Shown here: positions 28,072 to 35,519 of the stretch, one piece after another
Layout: the number at the start of each line of letters is the position of its first letter
Position numbering within the stretch: the first letter of the stretch is position 1
Source of the DNA: an uncultured Pseudomonadales bacterium
GTDB taxonomy: Bacteria; Patescibacteriota; Microgenomatia; UBA1400; PJMF01
Assembly (NCBI GenBank): GCA_964607285.1
Contig: CAZSJW010000008.1
Span: 1-63,375 of the forward strand
Length of the DNA: 63,375 nucleotides
Direction: 5' to 3'
The notes under the pieces: generated by a model
Database searches by the model: none
The model's input: only the letters and a program-made list of their open reading frames with translations
What the model was told of the DNA's origin: nothing
Program-made: the position numbers and the translations under genes

Positions 28072-28614
28072 ATGAGCACTCTCCGCAAGAATACACCCTC
28101 ACATGGCTTTACACTAATTGAGTTGCTAGTTACCACAGGCTTAACGGCATTCATTATTCTCACAGTTTCTTCGCTTTTTATGGTGTTCCTAATGGGAAAT
28201 GCACGAACCAACACTCGTTCTTTCGTAAAAAATGAAGGTATCTATACCCTAGGTAGAATTGAGTTTTTGCTCAGAAACTCGAAGCAGCTAGAAACTAATA
28301 CAGATGGTGATGTATGCGTAGACGAAATGCGAAGCATAGCATTTACTTCAGTAGATGACACGACAGGAGAAATACTTGTACTACAAGATGACGCTGATGA
28401 AAAGATTGCCTTGCAGATTGGGGCAAACAAACCACAGTATCTAACATCAGACGGAGTAGAGCTGGTAGATGGTTTGCACTTTAGCTGCTCAGATACAAAT
28501 GGTAAAAAAACAGTTGAGGTTCGCTTTACTTTGTCGAAACAGTCGCCAACCCTTTCTGAAAAGGGCACAGCAACAGTAGAAGAGTTCACCTCTGTGGTCT
28601 TCCTAAGAAATTGA
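28072..28614 (+). CDS. minor (pseudo)pilin with prepilin-type N-terminal cleavage/methylation motif
   Basis: 180-aa ORF. MSTLRKNTPSHG|FTLIELLVTTGLTAFIIL is a class III signal peptide with Glu at +5. Confidence 0.7.
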   Translation: MSTLRKNTPSHGFTLIELLVTTGLTAFIILTVSSLFMVFLMGNARTNTRSFVKNEGIYTLGRIEFLLRNSKQLETNTDGDVCVDEMRSIAFTSVDDTTGEILVLQDDADEKIALQIGANKPQYLTSDGVELVDGLHFSCSDTNGKKTVEVRFTLSKQSPTLSEKGTATVEEFTSVVFLRN

Positions 28615-28630
28615 TGCATTGGAATAAGAA

Positions 28631-29104
28631 TTAATCCCAGTCTCTGAGTTGCTGTACTGAACTGAGTGATTGAGCCAATCCATCATCTTCCCAGTCCATA
28701 TCTACAGTAATTTCCATAGTACCTGCATTGAGTGACACAGTTGCTTCTCGATAAAACACCACTGAACTACCACTCAGGGTAACAGGCTGCCCATCAGCGC
28801 AAGAACCCGCCATCGAAGCAAGTATTTCTTCTGTAAACTCACTAGGAATAGCATCGAAACAGAACTGAGTTTTGCCACCGAAAACACTCACAAACTGGCT
28901 CCACCCTAAGCGATTTCGCTCTCGTTTAAAACTCTCTTGAAGATCTTGCCCTAGTTTAATTGCCACTTCACGATATCTTGATTGAGCTGTGCTCCGTACA
29001 GATTGGCTCATTGCCACTGCAATTGCAGTCACCACAATAGCAACTACCACTGTAGCAATCAGAACCTCAATCAATGATGAGCCACGATTGAACGCTACTC
29101 GCAT
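28631..29104 (-). CDS. minor pilin (PilV-like) with prepilin-type N-terminus
   Basis: ATG at 29104 gives MRVAFNRG|SSLIEVLIATVVVAIVV, a short basic leader ending in Gly with Glu at +5. Confidence 0.6.
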   Translation of the reverse strand: MRVAFNRGSSLIEVLIATVVVAIVVTAIAVAMSQSVRSTAQSRYREVAIKLGQDLQESFKRERNRLGWSQFVSVFGGKTQFCFDAIPSEFTEEILASMAGSCADGQPVTLSGSSVVFYREATVSLNAGTMEITVDMDWEDDGLAQSLSSVQQLRDWD

Positions 29105-29640
29105 GTTTTTCCTTCCCAACATCCATCAGTAAGTTCACCACCAGGAGTGACAGTAAACTGGTATGTGCGCGTACCGTCCGTAAGTGCAATGACTGTATCA
29201 GAAGCCAGATTAGTTCCTCCATGCAATGTGTAGTACGTCACAGCAAATGTTTGACTCAGACTCACTCCAGATGGTAATACGAAAGAGTCTGATACAGTGG
29301 CATGAGCAGTTGCAGCGGCTTGCGAAGTACCACATGTTGCTCGTAATTCCACTACTGAACCAGGAGTGGTGGTCTCAGCAGATACAGAGTACCCATACAG
29401 TGCTGTTGCTGGTGGCCCTGCAGTAGCACACCCAGCGGGAGTATCTCGCACTTGTGCTTTAGCTCTCGCTGCCCGAAAAAGCGACTGCGTTCGTTTGGCA
29501 GACTCCAACACAACTTGTCGTTGGTTAAAACCAATATACCCTACTAGACCACCCCCCAACACCGTTATCATAATCGCTACTGTAACCAATAACTCAATGA
29601 GAGTGAATCCATGCGTATGTAAGGAAGAAGAAAACTGCAT
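29095..29640 (-). CDS. minor pilin (FimT/GspH-like) with prepilin-type N-terminus
   Basis: 181-aa ORF. MQFSSSLHTHG|FTLIELLVTVAIMITVLGG. Confidence 0.65.
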   Translation of the reverse strand: MQFSSSLHTHGFTLIELLVTVAIMITVLGGGLVGYIGFNQRQVVLESAKRTQSLFRAARAKAQVRDTPAGCATAGPPATALYGYSVSAETTTPGSVVELRATCGTSQAAATAHATVSDSFVLPSGVSLSQTFAVTYYTLHGGTNLASDTVIALTDGTRTYQFTVTPGGELTDGCWEGKTCE

Positions 29641-29649
29641 GACTTTACC

Positions 29650-30078
29650 TTAGGGATTTTTAGCACAGTAATAATCGCCTGCGCCAAAAACACACCCTGG
29701 GTCACTGTTACCTGGTGAACTGTCGCCTTCAAGTAGTGCGCATATACAAAAATCATTACCATCACTTGAGTAAGAGTAAGAACGGCGTCCACTTTTTGTT
29801 TCTGTTGGAGCAGGTGCACTGATGTAGCTATTTTGTACTAACTCATCTGCAACTGCGGTAATTGTGCCCTCAGGATATGAGCCAACGTCACTGCGAAACA
29901 GCACTAAGGCTTGCCTGTACGTTTCAATGTCTGCCTTACGCTTACCATTACGAGCATTTTGCCCAGCGTTCTGAAAAGAAACTAGTCCTATTGCAGAAAG
30001 TAAAATTATAATAGTAGTCACTACCAACAACTCGATCAGGGTAAAACCAGAGCTAGTTTTTTTTGTACGGCTAAACAT
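29650..30078 (-). CDS. type IV pilin
   Basis: 142-aa ORF. MFSRTKKTSSG|FTLIELLVVTTIIILLSAIG. The C-terminal Cys motif is CICALLEGDSSPGNSDPGC..GDYYCAKN. Confidence 0.75.
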   Translation of the reverse strand: MFSRTKKTSSGFTLIELLVVTTIIILLSAIGLVSFQNAGQNARNGKRKADIETYRQALVLFRSDVGSYPEGTITAVADELVQNSYISAPAPTETKSGRRSYSYSSDGNDFCICALLEGDSSPGNSDPGCVFGAGDYYCAKNP

Positions 30079-30094
30079 AGACTATCCTTCTTTC

Positions 30095-30529
30095 TTACTG
30101 CAAGTTCTTGACACAAAAGTATGAACCAGTGCCACCTAATCCCGTACAATCTGTGTCATCACTACTACTGTTACCTGCTTCTGAACCTTCTAACGAAGCA
30201 CAAGCACAGTACGCAGTTTCATTAGCAGTCACTTCACAAGTATAGTCAGGATTACTACTCTTTGGATCAGAAGGAAATGGCGTCAAGATCGCTCCCAAAC
30301 CATTACAAGAAGCTGGATATACAGAATCATTGAGAGAATAGTACTGCTCCATCGCTGTTTGAATAGACTTCATATCAGCACGACGACGAGCATTGCGACT
30401 TTTTTGCTGTGCATTAGTGAATGCCGCTGCACCCATAGCCACTAAAATACCAATTATCGATATCACAACTAGTAACTCGAGTAATGTAAAACCCAATCTG
30501 CTAGATCGGGAAGATGATAAAAGTTGCAT
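30095..30529 (-). CDS. type IV pilin (tandem paralog of 29650-30078)
   Basis: 144-aa ORF. ..SSRLG|FTLLELLVVISIIGILVAMG. The C-terminal Cys motif is CACASLEGSEAGNSSSDDTDC..GSYFCVKN. Confidence 0.75.
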   Translation of the reverse strand: MQLLSSSRSSRLGFTLLELLVVISIIGILVAMGAAAFTNAQQKSRNARRRADMKSIQTAMEQYYSLNDSVYPASCNGLGAILTPFPSDPKSSNPDYTCEVTANETAYCACASLEGSEAGNSSSDDTDCTGLGGTGSYFCVKNLQ

Positions 30530-30562
30530 AAGTCTCCTTACTGTATAACTGCCGTTAGTGTC

Positions 30563-31519
30563 CTATTTTCCTTGTACTACTATATTTATTTTGGTCACTG
30601 GTAATTCTGCTGAGTCCACACCCCACTTGTCAGTAAGTAATACTCGAGCTACATAGCTACAGCTTGCCGTAGCACAAGTATACGTGTGATCTGCCTGACC
30701 ACTTTCCTCAGTAATCGGCTCACTACCGCCATCACCAAACTCTAAGAAACCTGAAACAGTATCACTCTGACCGCCGTCACCCACATAAATAAACTCTACT
30801 GTTGTTCCCGTGGGAATTGTTACTGTTCTAGTTTGAATATCATAAAATGGGTTGGACGTAAACGATAATAACAGCGGACGACTCACACATTGCGAGTAGC
30901 AGCTTTGTTCACAATCAAAAAGACCAGCAATTCTGTCTCCAATACCCTTTTCTGCCTCATCACGGCAGCAGGTATATCCATACCCTGTGCAACTTGTAAT
31001 TGGACCATTACCAAGTACTGTCGGGTCAACCGTCTCAAGCAAGATGCCCTCTTCTAGTTGCAGTATTTTACTTTTGGTTATATATGTTGATGAAACTCGT
31101 AAAGCCTGTTCCAATTCATTTCCTAAGTCTTCAAACGCTGCCAATTCTATGCCACTGACTGAACCATTTGCTATAAATCCTGATTCACCTTGAACCTTTG
31201 TTACAAAGGGAGGCAAACTCTCCCTGCCTACAGATATTGGCAGTGTGCTTGCTTCATTACACAACGCTTCAGTAACATACTCCGTATCTGATAAAAAGCG
31301 CAACTGCATGATCACCCCATTTGGACCAATGGACCTACCTTCCTGGTGACATTGTGTTTGGTATGAACCTTGATTCTGCGCTTGAGCTAACGCTTTTACA
31401 GACTCTCTGAGAGTAGAGACACCCCAATACATGGCAACTTCACGGAAGATAAAGAATGCACTGATACCTATAATTGAAACCAGAAGAAGACCACTTAAAA
31501 AGTAACGTAGGATACGCAT
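30563..31519 (-). CDS. membrane-anchored hypothetical protein with C-terminal PKD/Ig-like domain
   Basis: 318-aa ORF with an N-terminal TM helix. The C-terminal TVEFIYVGDGG..FGDGGSEPITEESGQADHTYTC..YVARVLLTDKWG resembles a PKD domain. It is embedded between the pilin and pilD genes. Confidence 0.4.
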   Translation of the reverse strand: MRILRYFLSGLLLVSIIGISAFFIFREVAMYWGVSTLRESVKALAQAQNQGSYQTQCHQEGRSIGPNGVIMQLRFLSDTEYVTEALCNEASTLPISVGRESLPPFVTKVQGESGFIANGSVSGIELAAFEDLGNELEQALRVSSTYITKSKILQLEEGILLETVDPTVLGNGPITSCTGYGYTCCRDEAEKGIGDRIAGLFDCEQSCYSQCVSRPLLLSFTSNPFYDIQTRTVTIPTGTTVEFIYVGDGGQSDTVSGFLEFGDGGSEPITEESGQADHTYTCATASCSYVARVLLTDKWGVDSAELPVTKINIVVQGK

Positions 31520-31626
31520 AAGCCAATTTGATACCTATTGCTCTATCCATAGTAGCTGTTCTTGGCTTCTAGTACAACTATCAGACTTCTGCATACACCC
31601 AATCGCTACAAAAAACTAAACAACTA

Positions 31627-32445
31627 TCACCCAAATATCATTTGCATATACAATAAAAATACTTGATCACCCCAAATCAAACTCACCAGTGCGGCGGCAA
31701 TAAGAAAAGGTCCAAATGGTATAGGCTGCTTGAGTGATTTCTGGCGTGTAGCGAGCAAGTACGCTCCAACAACACCACCAGTAGTAAAAGCCAAAAAGAG
31801 ACAAACAATAGTACTCTGCCAACCTAGCAGTAACCCAATTGGCATCATCAGTTTGACATCTCCAAAACCCATACCACGTTTTTTAGTCGCAAACCATAAG
31901 AAATACAAGAATCCCACCCCACCAAACACACCAACCACCATTCGAGTTAAATCTTCAGGCCGCATTACTCCATAATTCACCAACGCGGCCCGATACACCA
32001 CTGCCAAGAGAGTTAAAAGAATTACAGCTGAATCAGGAATTAAGTAATACCAAAGATCTGCAAAAAAAATCAGAAGCAGTATCATTCCTACTAATAACCA
32101 AAATATCGGCTGCATGATAATAAAAGGCTGCTCTGCAAGTGAAAAAAAGAAAAATCCAAACCAGTACCACCAAACGAAAAGAGAGCCCGTCAATATTTCC
32201 ACAACAGGGTGATTGACAGCAATGGGTTTGCCACAATAGCGACAACGACCACGCAACAACCAAAAAGAGAGCAGTGGAATCATGTCAAACCACTGAAGCA
32301 CTGTTCCACAGTGGTCACACCGAGACCGACCTCGCACCCAATCTTCTTCAGCAGCCGAACGCATGATGACCACATTCAAGAAGCTGCCAACGGCAGCTCC
32401 AAGAATGAATAAGGCAGTGCTAATAAGTAGTATGCTAGCAACCAT
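31627..32445 (-). CDS. pilD: prepilin peptidase (A24 family)
   Basis: 272-aa multi-TM ORF with the Cys-rich N-methyltransferase-type segment (RCDHCGTVLQWFDMIPLLSFWLLRGRCRYCGKPI). The FGDVKLM and GPFL motifs contain the catalytic Asp contexts. Confidence 0.85.
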   Translation of the reverse strand: MVASILLISTALFILGAAVGSFLNVVIMRSAAEEDWVRGRSRCDHCGTVLQWFDMIPLLSFWLLRGRCRYCGKPIAVNHPVVEILTGSLFVWWYWFGFFFFSLAEQPFIIMQPIFWLLVGMILLLIFFADLWYYLIPDSAVILLTLLAVVYRAALVNYGVMRPEDLTRMVVGVFGGVGFLYFLWFATKKRGMGFGDVKLMMPIGLLLGWQSTIVCLFLAFTTGGVVGAYLLATRQKSLKQPIPFGPFLIAAALVSLIWGDQVFLLYMQMIFG

Positions 32446-32448
32446 CAG

Positions 32449-33087
32449 TTAGGGTAGACAAATCATTGCAGTATCTGGATATTCTCCACAGATTTCTGTC
32501 GCGGCACCAGATAGGTCGTCTGGTAGGCCAGCACCTCCTGCAGTTCCACAGCGAGCAAGTGCTTCAGTGTTGAATGCTTTAGATTTTGGCAAGAAGCAGA
32601 CGTAGGTACTTGCCCCTGGGTCAGCATCTCTGTACAAATAGAGCGGATTTGCTGTGGCACCAAATACTCGGTTGAAAAATGTTTGTTTGAGCTCATCAGT
32701 GCCAGTACAACCAACACCGGTACTATCTACAATCTCACTGAGCTTCTCATGAACTAGACAATCGTTTGAGTCAGCGAGCGAACCATCAAAGAATGGGTCT
32801 GAAAACGCGACTCCCAGATTGGTAATATCGGCTTGTCCAATCTGCCAAGGATAGTATCCCTGGAATGCATTATAGCGGTCGATTGCACTGAGCAGCTGCT
32901 CTGAGTCAGAGCGAGAACCAGTATCTCTACCACGATTAATCTGCTCCACTGGATTGATAGCAGACAACACAGCAACTGCCAAAATTCCTAGAATGGCAAT
33001 AACGATCAATAACTCAATCATGGTGAAACCAAGTTGAGAAAACTTATCGCGAATTGTTTGCGTTTTGGCAGTTTTCAGTGGCGACAT
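32449..33087 (-). CDS. type IV pilin (largest paralog; candidate major pilin)
   Basis: 212-aa ORF. ..KFSQLG|FTMIELLIVIAILGILAVAVLSAINP. It has several Cys in the C-terminal half, lies immediately upstream of pilD, and has its own upstream intergenic region. Confidence 0.75.
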   Translation of the reverse strand: MSPLKTAKTQTIRDKFSQLGFTMIELLIVIAILGILAVAVLSAINPVEQINRGRDTGSRSDSEQLLSAIDRYNAFQGYYPWQIGQADITNLGVAFSDPFFDGSLADSNDCLVHEKLSEIVDSTGVGCTGTDELKQTFFNRVFGATANPLYLYRDADPGASTYVCFLPKSKAFNTEALARCGTAGGAGLPDDLSGAATEICGEYPDTAMICLP

Positions 33088-33206
33088 ACGATTTCCTTTT
33101 GCTGCACTGGGCAGATTGCGAACAAATACTCAGGTGCATCTATTACTGTATACCAATTTCGCTAGTAAATGCAAGTACATTTTTATCAAGAAATAGCGGA
33201 CATCTA

Positions 33207-34409
33207 CTAGAATTGCGAAGTCAGGTTGTAAATTGGCATAATGATAGCAATGACCATGACACCAACACCAATGCCGAGAACAATCATAATAAGTGGCTCC
33301 ATAGCCGTTGTGAGGTTTTTTACGGCCTGTTCACTCTCTTGTTCAAAATATCGCGATAGTTTTAGTAGCACATCATCTAACCGACCGGTTTCCTCTCCCA
33401 CACCCATCATCTGATGCAAAATAGGGGGGAACTCATCATAGTTACCTAGTGCTTGAGACAGTGAGATGCCTTTCTCGACCTGCTTTGTCACATCTTTCAG
33501 GGCATCTCGATAAATGACATTGCTTACACCATCAGTAACTATTTCTAACGCTTGCAAGAGTGAAATACCTGCACCAAGCAGCAAAGACAGAGTACGGGAG
33601 AACTCGGTCAAAATTATCTTTTGTTTCAATTCTCCGAAAATAGGAATACGCAGCATAAGTCTATCAATCGCATGCTGGCCCTTACTAGTTTTATACCAGT
33701 TACGAAAAACGACAATCCCTCCGCCCACTGCTGCTATCATCAGCCACCAAAACTTAGCCATAAGACTGGATATACCCATCAAGATCCTAGTGGGAAGTGG
33801 TAAATCAGCACCAAAATCTTTGTACATTTCTGTCAATTTCGGAATAACAAAAATCATCATGACAAAACCAACAACTATCATAGCCACAACCACAATTATT
33901 GGATAAATCATCGCTCCACGTGTTTTTGAACGGAACTCTTTTTCTTTCTCCATGTTGTCAGCTAATCTTTGTAATACTTCATCAAGCACACCACCTGTTT
34001 CACCTGCATTAACTAACTGAATATAAATTCGTGAAAAAACATCCTGGTGTTTAGACAATGCTTTAGAAAAAGAGGTGCCGCCTTCAACTTCCTGTAGCAG
34101 CGTGGCTACCAACTTAGACATTTCGGCTTTGCTTTGCCGCACCAAAATGGAAAGTGAGTTGGCCAATGGTAACCCAGCAGTGATCATAGTAGAAAGCTGC
34201 CGCGTGAAGTTCACAACATCATTGTGTTTCACCCCAAACAAAGCAGCTCGTAAAAATGCAAAAGAGTCCTCGGTCAATGGTTTCACCGAAATTACCAATA
34301 ACTTCCGACTAGTCAGAAGTGCGGCAGCTTGTGAATGGTCTTTCGCCTCAACTTTTCCCTTAACTGTTTCACCAAACTGGTTTTTAGCGGTATATGTAAA
34401 ATATGGCAT
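33207..34409 (-). CDS. pilC: type IV pilus platform protein PilC (GspF family)
   Basis: 400-aa ORF with two GspF-type repeats (..FTRQLSTMITAGLPL.. and ..FSRTLSLLLGAGISL..) and three TM segments. Confidence 0.9.
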   Translation of the reverse strand: MPYFTYTAKNQFGETVKGKVEAKDHSQAAALLTSRKLLVISVKPLTEDSFAFLRAALFGVKHNDVVNFTRQLSTMITAGLPLANSLSILVRQSKAEMSKLVATLLQEVEGGTSFSKALSKHQDVFSRIYIQLVNAGETGGVLDEVLQRLADNMEKEKEFRSKTRGAMIYPIIVVVAMIVVGFVMMIFVIPKLTEMYKDFGADLPLPTRILMGISSLMAKFWWLMIAAVGGGIVVFRNWYKTSKGQHAIDRLMLRIPIFGELKQKIILTEFSRTLSLLLGAGISLLQALEIVTDGVSNVIYRDALKDVTKQVEKGISLSQALGNYDEFPPILHQMMGVGEETGRLDDVLLKLSRYFEQESEQAVKNLTTAMEPLIMIVLGIGVGVMVIAIIMPIYNLTSQF

Positions 34410-34431
34410 AACTGCTCACCATTTCCTCGCA

Positions 34432-35496
34432 CTAATGCGGAGTACTCCCCATAAGTCGTTCTAGATCAGCTGGCCGAAACGCATACTCCTGGGCAGTTTC
34501 GAGTGTGATCGCACCTTGTTGAATCAGTTTGTGCAAATGTGTTTCAATCAGAGTCATACCAGTATCAGCAGATGTTTGAATGACGTTATCGATCTGATGC
34601 GTCTTTGCTTCACGAACTAGGTTGCGAATGGCGGGATTAGCAATCATTATTTCCAAAGCAGCAACTCGACCACCATTTGTCTTTGGCAACAATCTCTGAG
34701 ACGCTACTACTTTTATTGTCGCAGCCAACTGTTGGCGAATTTGTCCCTGTTGATGGGCTGGAAACACGTCAATAATACGATCTATTGTTTGTGCCGCTGT
34801 TGCTGTGTGCAACGTCCCAAACACCAAATGTCCCGTTTCAGCAATAGTTATTGCTGAAGCAATTGTTTCATAGTCACGCATTTCACCAATCAGCACAATG
34901 TCTGGGTCTTCACGGAGCACTGATTTTAGAGCAATATCCCAACCATGTGTATCATGATTTACTTCTCGTTGCGAAATCACACTTTTTTTAGGTTGATAAA
35001 TAAATTCAACGGGGTCTTCAATGGTTACGATATGCTCGGCTCGAGTTGTGTTTATGGAGTCAATCATTGCTGCCAATGAAGTGGATTTTCCTTCACCTGT
35101 TGGCCCTGTAATGAGCACTAAACCTTGCTTAAAGCGAATAAACTCGTTAAAAATCGGAGGGAGACTTAATTCTTCTATTGATTTAATTTTACTTGGAATA
35201 AGGCGAAGTGCTGCTGCAATAGCATTTTTGGCATGATACACGTTTACCCGAAATCGCCCAACATCTCCGAACTGATACCCAAAGTCTAACTCTTTATTTA
35301 CCTTTACAAAATCTTTCTGCTCCTGAGTCATCAATGGGTTGATAAGTGCTTCAGCGTGCTTGGCTTCAAGAATCGGAGAACCATCTACTGGAATAAGCTT
35401 GCCATGAACGCGCACAGTGGCAGGAGAACCAACCACTATATGAATATCAGAACCCTCCTGATTAGCCAACTGCTGCATAATGTCATGAATATTCAT
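34432..35496 (-). CDS. pilT: type IV pilus retraction ATPase PilT
   Basis: 354-aa ORF with Walker A (GPTGEGKST), Asp box, Walker B (DPDIVLIGEMRD) and His box (TGHLVFGTLHT). The size is typical of PilT. Confidence 0.9.
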   Translation of the reverse strand: MNIHDIMQQLANQEGSDIHIVVGSPATVRVHGKLIPVDGSPILEAKHAEALINPLMTQEQKDFVKVNKELDFGYQFGDVGRFRVNVYHAKNAIAAALRLIPSKIKSIEELSLPPIFNEFIRFKQGLVLITGPTGEGKSTSLAAMIDSINTTRAEHIVTIEDPVEFIYQPKKSVISQREVNHDTHGWDIALKSVLREDPDIVLIGEMRDYETIASAITIAETGHLVFGTLHTATAAQTIDRIIDVFPAHQQGQIRQQLAATIKVVASQRLLPKTNGGRVAALEIMIANPAIRNLVREAKTHQIDNVIQTSADTGMTLIETHLHKLIQQGAITLETAQEYAFRPADLERLMGSTPH

Positions 35497-35519
35497 ATGT
35501 TCCTCGCTCTATGTTGAGC

